From assembly GCA_973851085.1 (NCBI GenBank), contig OZ316776.1, forward strand, positions 11,842,001-11,906,000: DNA of 64,000 bases, given 5' to 3'. Below, one piece after another: positions 26,090 through 39,500 of the stretch. Source of the stretch: Ptychomitrium polyphyllum. Taxonomy: Eukaryota. The stretch's first letter is position 1, and every line of letters begins with the position of its first letter. The translations under genes were made by a program, and so were the position numbers. The notes below the pieces were generated by a model. That model was not told the origin of the DNA. It did not search any database and saw only the letters and a program-made list of their open reading frames with translations.

Positions 26090-26659
26090 GATAATCATGA
26101 ACAGCAGGACCTATCTTGTGTTGCTGAAGTGAAGCATGTATATAATGAGCTTGAATTCCAGGTGAGCTAATGAATATCCTTTGCAGCTCATCGATGCCAG
26201 ATTTGAAGTTATGGAGCATCCTGATAACATTCTAACAAGTAAACTTGACACTCATTTCGGTTGGAAGTTGCCTCTGCAATTAATTACTCATGGAGCAGTC
26301 GAGGTTTTTGATTGGCGCTGGTTTAGAGTAAGGTGGTGATACATTTGTCTTGCATGTTGAGCGTGTTAGTGATACATTTCTCGTAGCCAATTATTATGGT
26401 GACGTTCATCTTAATGAGATGGATAATTAAAGAACTCAGTGTAACATAAAATTCCTGACGAGAGTCTTATGTTACCGAGTGTTGGTATTCTGAATGTTCA
26501 GGTGTGACATACTTTCTCTCTGTTGGACATTCTTTGATCCAGATTTTCATAAATGTGTTGCCACTCATCAAAGAGGTGTTCCTTAAATATAGAGATGAGA
26601 ACATACTGAAGACTTGGCATAAAATTACTGTTGATTTTCCACAAATGAAAGCCATGGAG
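26090..26659 (+). other. Exon-like segments upstream of the C2H2 gene (5' exons or a separate decayed gene)
   Basis: AG/GT-bounded open segments 26090-26161 (DNHEQQDLSCVAEVKHVYNELEFQ) and 26543-26659 (IFINVLPLIKEVFLKYRDENILKTWHKITVDFPQMKAME). No family recognised. Confidence 0.3.
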
Positions 26660-28793
26660 GTTTGCAATACTCGGTCAATCAAATTATTAACGAGACAGCT
26701 GACGACCCTTTACTGAAACTGCAGTCAGCACTTACGGTGGCAAGTTTTTTCAATGGAATTTGTTGTCTAAATGTATTTTGTGGTTTCTTTGCACTTACCC
26801 GTTTGTAGTTGAGAATTTAAAACATACAATATTACTGTGAATTTCAGATTGGTCATTCCTGTTGATTGGATTCTGATGCTGTGCTTGTAGTTATCAGACC
26901 CCAACAAATTCTTCCAAATCAAGAAAGAACTGATTCTATGTTGAGTTCCTGAAATGATCAAATTCAGGATTACGAGACTGTCGCAGGCAGCATTAACGGA
27001 GCTGTGATTTGAACTGTTGGAGGGGAGTAATGAATGAAGTGTGCTTGAAGATGTAGAGCGTCCAAATGTTCAGGATTACACTACAGGTACATGAGATTTA
27101 GGATTGTAGATTGTGTCTTTCAATGTACACTTGTAGCATATGGAGAAATCTAATGCGATGGAACATTCTGAGATGATCTATTGTGAGCTTCTTGAAATCT
27201 ACATGGTATATACTAATTTTGAATACTTACAAATCATCATGAAATTATTCAATGTTTGAATGTTATGAAACCTATGTCTTTCTTTGAGACTTGGTAGATT
27301 TTATGGAACATGTTTTAAACGTAGTATTCAAACAACATCCTGTACTTTAACATTTTGAACAATTTTCAAACAAAATTTTATGCTGTTTGAAATGTTGCTT
27401 CAACTCTCCTTGTACTAATGACGGAATTGTCAACTTCAATGCTTTCAATCCAAATGACCCCAGACTATTGATTGTTGTGGACTATCTAATGCTATGCAGT
27501 CCTGCAACTGTAAAATAGACCTACTAGTTGAATTTTATCTATTTATTTATTTATTTTATAAGTAACATCTCCAATTAATAACTGAAGGATACGACAGGCA
27601 CATGGATGCATCGGAGAAGTGAAAAGTCAACACTCATTGTCTATTTATGCTCTTGTTAACAACCGTTCCATCATTCTCAGTATGTTCAAGAGATGAATGT
27701 TGATTGGCCTTTCAACTCAGTTATTTGCTAACAGTCTGAAGAGCTAGCTTTTCAAGAATCTCAACGAAACCCAGAGGGATAAATCTCTTATTGAGATGGA
27801 GAGTCTCATCATAGTGTTACTACAGTAATTATTTGCAACATTGGTTTGAGCGGAGATTAATGCAGGTGAATTGGCTCAAACTTACAAGAATTGTAAAAGT
27901 AGCTTTTTAAGTGTCATGAACATTTTAATCAATGTAATAGGCTCAGGGTAGCGAAGTTGCTCAATAATGCATGTTAAATTTTGTACACGTAATAAGAATT
28001 GGTGTGCATGGTTTTATTGTTATGCAATGGGATAGGCATCTTGGTATCCACTTATACCAATTGGTATAAAGACAATGGATAGTTATAGGAGCTTATTAAA
28101 CCCATATATGGTATGATGTTGATTGTATATCATGTGAACTGACAATCATAGTGTGTTTTTTATTATTGCAATGTTTCATTATTAATTCATTAGTAAGAAT
28201 AGTGTAACTCGCAAATTGTATCTTATCTTTGTTTTAAGTTATTCTTTTATGGAATTGTTGAAATTTAGATGTATTACAATTTTCAATCTTAATATGGAGC
28301 AAGACAATGGTATTCTATTGAGGATTTTTGCAATATTGTTAATGAAGATAATGCTATGCAATTCAATAGGTACGGAAATATTGCAAATTTTAGTTGTTGT
28401 ATTTTTTTATATGCAACTAAGTAAGGTTAAATCTCTTGATTTTTGCTTTCTAATCATTTCTAATGTGTGTAGTTTATGAATTTTTGGTGGTGTGTGATCA
28501 TTGATATTAAAGACTAAAATAGTTTTTGGAAGTATAGTAGGTTTTTAAAAAAGCTTTGTCTTCATATATTCTTTCTTTGAGGTGTATGAAGATCAAGCAA
28601 TTACAAGTTCAAAAAAGCCACCATGGACCTATTTATGTTTTATATCTAGCAGCTATTATATACTTAATGGAAAAATCAAAGATTATTTAATATTGACATG
28701 CCTAAGTAAAACAATCATATTTAATATCCTTATAATTTACATCTAATTGGATATAGAGTTGGTGAAGAATTATATGGTACCTTCTTTTTAAAG

Positions 28794-31700
28794 GCCTTGA
28801 AGCAACATTGCCATCTAGCAACTTATTGCATATATTATTGAAAGATGTAAAAGAAAAATTTGCAATACAACAAGTATTTCTTAGAATTGAAATACATTCG
28901 AAGGATTCATGTGACATGCTTTCAAGAGCAATAATTCATGATGATGGCAAGCATTCTTTAATTAATGATCCTGAAGCTTTAAAATCATCACTTATATTGA
29001 AAGATTTTATGGAGAGAGAGAAGTTGTCCATTAGAGAGAACAAATTTAACAATGACAATGGTGATAAAATATCAAAATCTTTAAGCATTCAACATAATAC
29101 AATAAGCACATTTAATTTTTGTAAAAAAAAATAATGAAGGTGGTACAAAGAAAATTCCAAAAGATGACATAACTTCAGAGCTTTTGAATATTTGTAATGA
29201 AAACTTTGCAAATCCTAATGGATTGGAAATCAAACTTAAGTCTTTGGACAAAAAAGATTCTAAGCCAATCAAAGCAAAAATTTGTAGCACCTTTGAAAAA
29301 ACACCTAATTCACAATTAATTACAAAACTTATAGTAAAGAAAAGTGCCGAATTGGCATCTTTAGAAGTCTTGGAGGACATGGAATCTAAAAAAAAGGTGC
29401 ATGAGTCATTAGACACCTTCATCCGCCAAACAATGGGTCATGAACCATACATGTCCTTTAATAGTAGGCCTAGTGAAAAGCCTCTTCAACGAATAATAGA
29501 ACATCAACAGGCCATGAACAAATGCGACAATAACTTAAAGGTTGATATTGACATTTGTGATGGCCTAGAAGACAATGCAAATGTGGAACCCCATCAAGGT
29601 ATGTATTCATGTATAAAAAAAACTTAATATTATTCATTACTTAGGTAATTTTTTTTTTTTATTGTCATATAAGATTCTTTGGTTTATTGTAGCGTTGAAA
29701 TAAATATAAACATTAAATTTCTTATGGAACATTATGCTTCATGCAGTAAACATTGATAAAGATTCTTGTAGAACAAAGGAAAGAAGTAATTGGGAAAGAG
29801 GGCTACAAATAGATTGGAACCTACAGACAATTAAAAGCACAGTTCCACAAGGTGCTGCAACAAAAAAAATAAGTGAATTTAATAAGAGTGAGCAAGTGCA
29901 AAAGAAAATTATGGATTTTTTTTATCTTTGTAATTTTATGCTTTTGTAGAAATTAAAATTAAAATTGTATACAAATTTGTGTTTTATTTCATATCAAGAA
30001 ATATAATATCATGTATTATGATGAAATTTCTTGCAAATGAACTTTAAATTTAAGCATAGAAGAATCTAATGTTTACTTTAGTTCAAAACTATGAAAGAAG
30101 TATAGCATTTGTTATATTATTTGAATGTTTTAGAATAATAAAATTAAAAAGGCATTTAAATACAAACATGTTTTTGAGCTTTATAATATGTTGAATTGGT
30201 TATTATGTTTGAACACATCATGCAATTAGTTCCTTAGTATTAAACATTTAAAACTACATTCTAGCTAATAGTCTCATTTAAACTGTATAAATTTTGGTGC
30301 TCTACTGATGTTTTGTTCAATTTTTTTGAAGTTTCATATTGGATTCAATGAAAGTGGATTATTTAACTAATTAGAATAGTGTTTACTAATAGATTGTTTG
30401 ATTTATATTCTTGATGTGTTTTATGATAACTTCCAATATAAAAAAATAAAAAAATGTGAATATTGATCATCTTATTGATTTATCAAGTTGGCCATTGTTA
30501 TCTTTGTTCAAAGTTCAATTGCAGAAATGCAAAAAATGCTCTAGTGAATTTTTTTCTTCGTTTAACCAGAGGCGGCACATTCGAATTCACCGTCGAATTT
30601 CCCAAATTGACAAGGTTTCTTTTCATCCAAAATTTCTTGTTTATGCTTTGTAATATTTTTTTCAACTCAACTACTATCAAACTCCATTAGATATTCTCTT
30701 TCAATCTTTTGACTTTAATTATTAAATATTATATTTTTTAATTGCTAATTATTTAATCTCTACTTGTTTTTTTTTATTGTAGTCCATATCATACACCATT
30801 GCAATAGTTGAGAGCTATTGATTTTGTGAAACTTGTTTTAAATAAACTTCCAAGTTATATACTAAACATAATATCTATATGTGTTATACAGGAAGATCTT
30901 ATTCTAAAAAGAAAAAATATTGTTGTATTTTGGAACAAGGTGACATTTGTATCTGTGTAACAATTTCCTTGCAATCCACTATTAACAAAAATTACTATTC
31001 CTCAATGACTTTCTTTGTAAATTTTTTTTAAGGTATAACAGTCATATCAAAAAGATATTGGAGCTTGTAAATTATTTGTATACACTAACAATTTGCAACT
31101 AACGATTTGTAATGACTATATGATTATGGAATCTATACTGAGAACTCTTGTTTATGGTTGGTATTATAGCTAAATCAAGATGAGATGCAACAAATCTTTT
31201 TGTCCTTACGGAAATATAACTTTGAGGTGTTAATTGGCTGTGATTCATAACCTTTTTCTTGTATCAAAAATACTTGATAAGATTATTTGATAAAATTGAT
31301 CAAAATTCAATATTTTGGATGTAAGTTTTGGTTGAGATTTTAAAAGTAATTCACATGATGTGTAGTGGTCAATTGCAACCTTGTTAAAATGCAACAGTGA
31401 AAAACTATAATTTAACTTACTACATGCATTTTTTTGTGCAGGGTTTGTCAGGGGAATTAATAATAAGCCACTTGCTTGCTTTGAAAAAGCAAAGCAACGA
31501 AGTGACTCTTCCATCAGCTTATTCAAAAGCAGGACAAGATCTTCTTGTATGCTACGCATTCACTTCTCATTTATATTATGTGCTTTGGTGATTTTTGATA
31601 ATTTAGTGATTGCATCTGAACTTTGAGTCTGTGCGGACCTATTGCAGGATATATTGGACAACAAGCAAATAGTCTTTCCTTTGTTATCAGAACAAATTCT

Positions 31701-34700
31701 TTCTATTCTGGATGAAGCCAGTGAAAAAACATTCTTGTATTCCCAAGGTGATGTGAGCAAGATTGTCTTAGAAGAGAAGAACCTAGTGGCGTTTTTAGGC
31801 TTCATTTTTGAGCAGACCTTGGTGAGTAAACCATAGACAAAGTTTAATTTCAACCAGCTTAAAGAAATATTTCTTTGCTAGGCTTACATTCATTTAATAT
31901 GTAGGCAACTACATTGATGGCTTTACGTTGAATGGTACTAATGTAATTTGTCCTATATTTTTTAATAAAGAATCAAACTGAGGAGGAAGTATTAAAAGAT
32001 TTTAGTTTTATATTACAGACGTCTATTTATCTTCATTCACACTTGTCTCATTTATTTATAAATTATACAAATTATTGTGTGTTTCCTCCAAAATTATAAA
32101 TTGTATTCCATATACTATATAAATTCAATTGCATAAAATACAATTAGGGAGAAACTACTAACATTTATTAAGAGCACACCTTTGCTATTAGCAGCATTGA
32201 TGTTGATTACATTTTTATTTCATATGTTCCAATTTAATAGATTCATGTTTTAAATGTTTTAAAATGATAGGTCAAGGCTTGGATGGCAGACAAGGAAGCT
32301 GAAGCATTACGAAATCAACAAGAGTTGGTCAAAGAAGAAGAAGCTGCACAAATGAAGTGATGCTCCAATTTCTTTTATAAAATACTTAAGTTATACAAGG
32401 TTATTTGTTTTGTTTGTATCTATAGTGTGCAAAATTCTTAAGTACAATGTAATGTCTTCATAAGGTTATTATGCTTTTAGAAGCTAAAATTAATAGGGCT
32501 ATAAATATTTCTAAATTTTTTCTGTCTATATTACTTTGATGTTAATTTGAAGGAAATTTTAAACCTTGAAATGATTGAAAGCATAATCAGATATTGATCA
32601 AATTAAAAGCACAAACATGCTTGTTGTCATCATATTGCTAAATTTTGTAATATTTGAGGTCTCCAACGCCTAATCATAGCAACTTGACACATGAATTTGT
32701 AGGCGAGCAAGAATTGTTGCAAAGAAGAAAAAGAAAAAAGAAAAATCTAGACAAAAAGGATTGAAAGAACGTAAAGGTGGTATTATTCAATTAGCATTAA
32801 ATGAAGATAATGAATCAATTGATGGTGAAAATATTTTTTTGGAAATTGTTGAAGAAGACAATTCTCCAACTGCAAGTTCAACATCAATGAATTCTTTTGG
32901 AGTGGAAAATTCATTGTCAGAACATCTAGAAATGGAAGTCAATCATCATGATCAAAATTCTAATGGAAGTATCCATGTTGTCAACAGAAACAATGATCAT
33001 CTATTGAAATTAAAAGATATACTTCCTACTCATATGACATCCAAAGAAGTTGTATCAGGTTTTAACATTTTAGATTTATTTTCAATATTGCTTATTAGTT
33101 TTTCCTTCACATTTTATATATAACTTGACTTTGATTTTTATCATATGAAGATTTAGCTAAAGTTAACATACAATTCAAACGTATTGTTCATTTAAGCTAA
33201 AATTCATTGTTCTAATTTTTGATAAAATACATGAATATAATATGAACAAAATCTATTCTTTTAGATTCATTTTTGGAATAGAATCAATTGATGAACAAGC
33301 ACAAAATAATGAATGTGATTTGGCTTTTCATGGTAACAAAGAAGAACATTGTTCAAATTTTCCTCCTTCCAGCCAAATTATTTTGGAGTACCTTGGTGGA
33401 TGTGGCAATCAAGTTTTGGAACAAGATCAAAGTGTTGTAGAATCTTGCAAGCACACACTATTGAAGCCTTTTAAAGAACAAATAAAGGATGATTACCAAG
33501 ATTCATATTATAGAGGAAGTTGGACCTCAGATCCAAGGTTCCAAGAAGGAGTACAACAAAATTCTTATAAAACATTACAAAAGCATGTGACTGGAATTCC
33601 ACACATATCAAATATTGAATTAGGCAATAATCCTATTGCTAGATTCTATCGTGGTAAATCTACAAGTCTTAAAGGAACTACAACCTTTCCAACAACCCAA
33701 CAATGGGCAAAGAAGGCACAAACACCTGCTGCAATTGATCATATCACTAAGGATGGCCATGACAACGAAAGTTCTATGAGTAAAAACAACCCAATGGATG
33801 TAATTCTAGAACAAACAATATTAGCACGTGAAGTGGATGCTAGTAATATTGGAGGTATAAAAAGAGTAGAAAAGGAAGAGTTCAAAATATTTGAAAAAAA
33901 AGAGCCTTTATCAGTTGCAATTCAATCAGTGGCAAAGGTTGTTGTTGGTACTGGAGGCTTACGCAGTACACCAAGTGCATCATTTAACCTGAATGTAAAT
34001 TCAAAAGATTGGCCACCCTTGTCTAATTTGCATGCTACTCAATACCCAAAGAATGCTGCAATGTATTCTTCAACTTCCAATCAATGTGAGGTCAATTCAA
34101 GACCTTCAAACAAAGTTAACATGGAAAAAGAAGGTGGCCACCAAGTTTTGTTTGAATCTAAAGTGGAAGAATCACTTGTTACATCCACACCACGTATGAA
34201 AGATTTGATCAAGCAAACTACAATCGGATCAGTAAACACAGGTCTTCGAAAAGGTATTATGATTGGTTCAGTTTCTGTTCCCCTCGATGATTATGTGCAT
34301 TCATCTAAGCTTGGGCTTGGAAGTGCTAGCAGAAGGATTAGTATGCCTTTACAGGTGCACCAATCATATACTGCTGCTCTTGCAGCTCCCCCAGTTCAAC
34401 ATACTCAAGATGCAATGACAAGCACTGTAGGGAGGCAAAAGTCTCATGATGGAATAAACAATTTGACATTTGCAGATTCTTCCAGTATCCAGGTTATGGA
34501 GTCTTACAGAGGTCCAGGTCATTATGAAATTTCATCTTTAAAACCTACACCTTCTACAAATCTCAATGTAAGGCACATGAGAGGACCTAATTATCCTCTT
34601 GGAGATAGAGGAGAGCGAGGGATCCTTCCTAAGCAGCCTTCATCATCGAGTGGACCGATTCGTCACTTACCTCAAAAAGTGTGGAGACCAGTCCCATCAG

Positions 34701-36001
34701 TTAGTGAGAATGCCAATCCTAATCTAAGGGGTAGAATTAGCATTGAAAGTAAACCACTTGGTTTCATTGAGAAAGAAACTGAAGAGCCTGCTAGAATTGA
34801 CAACGATATTGATGTAGCCTTATTTCAAGTAGAGGACAAGCAAGATTGGAATATGAATACTAGCAAAGTTGACCAATGTGTTGTTTTTGCAACTAATTCC
34901 ATAACACAAGTTGGAAACCAAATTTGTATTTTAGATACAAATCATGAGAAGGAAAAAACTCAACAAGGTTTTACAAAATATAATGAACCTTTAGTCTTGA
35001 ACAATGAACATATACAAATTCATCAAGAAATTAGTGAAGTTACTTCAATGACAAGAGTTGATAATGGAAATGTGTGCCAATATGTTAAAAAGTTTTCAAT
35101 GGAACAAAACGTGAACCATATTAATTTTGATAAGAAAGATGTTACAAAAAATATGGATGATAAGGCTCATTTAGAGACTATTCAAAGCCATTCCACTTGG
35201 ATTGCAAAAGCTCTAGAATTCCATTTGAATAGTAAGTCAATAGTAATGCTCATAAGTTAAATGCTAAATTTCTTTCCTTGACATCTTATCATTTGATTTT
35301 GTAAATTTGGCTTATAAATTTGAATTATGTTTTTTCATCAAATATTATAACATCTATAAATTATCATATAATATGTCATGTATACAATTACGTCAAGACT
35401 TTAGTAGAAACCTTTCATTTAGTTTAAGTGGATTTTTCCTCCAATATATGCAGGATGGCAATTAGGTTTAAAAGATCCTGAAACAATTGTATGTAATTGT
35501 GAAGAAGAACATCCCGAGCTTCAAACATCTAAATGGATTGAGTTTTTAAATAGTTTATCTTCTAAATCTACTAAATTGAATTTTCAAAAATACAATATTT
35601 ATGAACCTATATTAAGAACTTATAATGGAAGTGACCTAATTGGGAAGAAGAATCATAGGAATTTACTAAAAGAACAAGGATCAATAAATGCTCAAAATTT
35701 AAAATCAGAAGGCAATAAATTAAACTTTCAAATTGACTTATTTAATGAAGATCTCCAAGCACCTTCTTTAGTTTGTAGAAGTGGGCCACCATGTGAAGTT
35801 TATACAACACTAATAGGGCCTATCTCAGGATTACAAAGTCATGGAAAAGGCAACAATGAAGGGCAAATTGAATCAAGATGTGGTAGTAGTTGTAGTGATA
35901 GTAGTTTGAGTAATGATAATTCAACCAAAAAGCAAGATTGGATGGATTTAGTAAATGTAAAAAATGAGCGGCTCCAAGAAAAGAGGTATATGTCCAAATA
36001 A
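28794..36001 (+). CDS. Plant C2H2-like zinc finger/coiled-coil protein (At4g25610/At5g52010-like); 5' part uncertain and apparently frameshifted
   Basis: Exons ~28794-29598 (frameshift at 29123-29131), 29747-~29890, ~30456-30614 (DLSSWPLL...QKCKKCSSEF...RRHIRIH), 30892-30939, 31170-31226, 31442-31546, 31648-31821 (LDEASEKTFL), 32271-32356 (VKAWMADKEAEALR...EEEAAQ), 32703-33058, 33282-35231, 35454-36001. Phases are consistent from 30614 onward. Confidence 0.78.
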
Positions 36002-37128
36002 GGTTGTTTAATAGAGAAAAGAAGTTGTTAATGGTATTTCTTTAATCTATAAGGTAGCGTTCAATAAAAAATTTATGCAATTATTTAAGTATATTAAGTT
36101 TTTCTTTTAGCTAATAGTTTGACAAAGTGCATATTAAGGTTCTGATTTCTTGTTTGAATGTGAGTACTATTATTGTAGTAGCTATTGATTAATTGAACTT
36201 TATATCCCAATGAGTGTTTTTTGCAATAGGTTTATTTTTGTAACATTTTTCACTTTTTACTAGTGCCATTGATTTTTTTGTTTTCTTTCTATGATAATAT
36301 ATTTTTTTGAATAAAAAATATTGTTTGGAGCTTGTAATTTTAAATGACATTATAATCATGAATTTGGATGATTTTTAATGACGTTTTTGTAGCAATGCTA
36401 ATTGCCTTAATTTGCCTCCAAAATTATTGGTAATTGATCAAAGCCTTATCTTCACTAATATTAAATTTATGACATATTTTTATAAATTAAAAAAAACTTG
36501 ATTAAATAATGTAATTACTAAAATAAGTGGAATTAGTGAAATACAAATTTGTTCACCAAAAAGTCATTTCTACAAGACTATATCCATCTTACATATATTC
36601 GTAATAGAAAAAGAGATTTAATCATGGAGGACTTTTTAAAACCCTAGAATTAAAATATACTACTTGGAGCTTTAAAATATACATAACTTCATAAAACATC
36701 AACCTCAAGCTATCACCCAATGGCATCTACCATATACACACACATGAACAGTACATCCTCATCCCAAAAATTTCCTGATGTCAAATCATTGCTCACTCAC
36801 ACACACTAACTTCCTCCCCACAACTCATCCCTCTCATCAACAAGCCTTCAAGAAGTCATAAATCTGACAGGCTGTAAGTTGCCAGAAGCTCGTCATTGGT
36901 GGCCCTGTACCAAATTGCACCTCTGGTGCCACTGCGTAAAAATTGACAACTCTACGCAAGACAAGAAAACCCCCATAAAAGAGCCAACCGAATACTCTAA
37001 AAAATACTCCGTATTGCAGAAGAACGAAAAGCAGAGAGGGGAACAACCGTCCAGCAGACGCAGCGCCCACCCAAACAGCCCTGCCCGCCCAACCGATCCC
37101 ACCCACTCCCCCCACTAGGGCCAAAGGA

Positions 37129-37168
37129 TCACGACGTCGGGCCAAGGGCCGTGACGTGACGACGTGTG
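37129..37168. promoter_or_regulatory. Cluster of ACGT-core (bZIP/ABRE-like) motifs upstream of the PRT1 leader
   Basis: cacgacgtcgggccaagggccgtgacgtgacgacgtgtgg contains three ACGT cores. Confidence 0.4.
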
Positions 37169-37660
37169 GATGCACCGGCTACAGCAGCCCACCGGCTTCA
37201 CACAATTGGGGCCCCTAGGGGCGTTTGGTGTCGGCCACCCCATGGGACTGTGGGATCCTCACCCTCGCACATCCATCAGCACCGGCACGGGCACCGCACA
37301 CGCGACAGACACGACCACAGCGTAGCACTGCACAGCACAGCACCGCAGAAGAAGAGCAGAGCAGAGCAGAGACGAGACGAGGAGAGGTAGGAATGAAGGA
37401 CCACTCGCTGTGGAGAGGGAGGGAGAGGAGAAGGGAGGGAGAGGGGAAGGGAGGGAGAGGGGAAGGGAGGGCACACGGACTACCACTGCGGAGCTTGCAG
37501 AGACGTAGGCTGCAGCGCGTGGTCTTGCGGTTTGGGCGCCGTGCTAGGCCCTGCACAGTCGGCCACGCGATATCTTTACGTATGATCAGTGTGCCCAGGG
37601 AGGGACGACTCGGACGCCACTTGTTCATGGCAGTGGCGCACAAGTAGCCGAGTGTGTGGT

Positions 37661-37708
37661 GTTCTGTTCTGTTAGATTCTATTCGCTTCTGTTCTATTCT
37701 ATTCTATT
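37661..37708. repeat. (TTCTG/TTCTA)n pentanucleotide repeat in the leader region
   Basis: gttctgttctgttagattctattcgcttctgttctattctattctatt. Confidence 0.7.
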
Positions 37709-39500
37709 GCGCGTAATCGCACGCCATTCGATGGAGCTTGATCACCGCCTCGGTGTTGGGAAGGTAATAGATTGGCTATGGTGGACTGAAAAGTTGAGTT
37801 CATGGTAGTTGAGTTGGGTCTGCACCTTGGGCGGTGGAGTTCCCGAGGTCGGTCTGTCATTGCGGGTGTGGGTAAGTTGTTGCTATTTTAGGCTTGTTGT
37901 GGGGTGACTTGACTTCTGCGAGCGAGCTTCTGCGCAGTGAGTCCTGGATTCGCCTTTTTGGTGTTTGAGATTGTTTAGTTTTCAAATTTCTGAAAATTAG
38001 GTCATGGTTGTGCACGTTGTGGAAATTGTTCTTTTCTCCATCGCGGGGACGTTGTTCTCCTCGCTCGCACTGGGATTATGCCGCGATGCTGTACAGCCAA
38101 ATCGCTTGTGTAGTAGGCTGACGTTCAGTTTCGGAGGAGAGGTGCGATTCAGATGGTTGGCCTCTCCATGTTCTCGAGTCGTCGTTGTTGGTGGTCTATG
38201 TAACGCTTGTTAGTTGCTTCTCTGCCTTCCTGGGTTCTTTTCTTTTAGGGTTGTGGATTAATCCTTCGAGATTGCTTAGTGCTGGGATGAGTGGATGCTT
38301 AAATGCAGAGCACCAGATCCGTGGTCCAGTTCCTTGTTTATCGCTTGGCCTTGTTCGTTTCGTTACGTGTTGGTGGTTGCTGTTCGTATGCTTGTGCCCG
38401 CAGGATCGTTAACGCTGTTGATTCTGGTATTTTTTATTTCTAAGATGGGGTGTTACTACAGCTCAACCTCTGCCATTCTTTTTCTCTGAAGATAGATCTT
38501 TCTATTGTTGCTGCAGGCCAATGATATTTTGGTCAGGACGTGATTGGGCGATACTGTTCATATAATCTGGCTATTCGGTTTGATTGGAGCGCAATCAGGC
38601 GATCATGGGATTTTAAAATTTGCACAATCTCTGCTTGCATACGAATATTGGATACTTTGGCTCTAGCGACATTCCGAGGGAGTAAGTGCTCTTTTTCAGA
38701 GCAGATAGAGTAAAGGTTATGGTAGGAGGGCTTGTATTGAATGTCTTCAATTCAAGCACCCAATATTCGAGTGATCTGTTTTCAGATTGATTTGCAGCCT
38801 TGTCCATTACAGCGTGATTGAGTTGTGGAACATTTTTAAAGAATTGGTAGAATGTCTCTAGAATATTCTAGAGGATTTACAGGCGGTTAGTTTTTGCACC
38901 TGAGGTTTTCTTGCGAGGGAAGGGAGGCATACATTTTCTTTTTTACATCCTTAGTAATTCAGCTCCTGTTTGAACTAAGCATTCCAGGAGTAGTTGGCTC
39001 AGACTATTTATGCTTCTTTTTGAGACTCACTCTGACCCTGTTTGTGGCAGCGTATAAAGTACAGGATTAATAATACTAGCTGTGCACAACACGAGTGATG
39101 AGGTTCTGTAATTTGGCGAGCTGACGAAGAACAGCGGCCTAGATTGCAAGTGGATTATCTGCAATTTCATGGGTTCTGCTACGACTTCTCTACTTTCCAA
39201 TCTCAATCGTCCTTCCCAGAAGTATCATGTATGCTCCTCAACTCATCCCTTAAATTTGCTTTACATTATATGCAATCGTTTGAGATGCTGGTTGTGAAGT
39301 GGTAATTCTGATTACATAACCACCTTCACATGTCTTACAGGTCGGACATTCAATTGCGATCACAATTTGCTAAATTAGTTCAGCATTGTCTGCAGAGAAC
39401 GAAATTGACGTCTAGATCATTGATAATCACCGAAGTTGAGAAGTCTCTTGAGTGACCGATCAACCACTTTGCTGTCACAGTAGCCAACCAATTCTGTATA

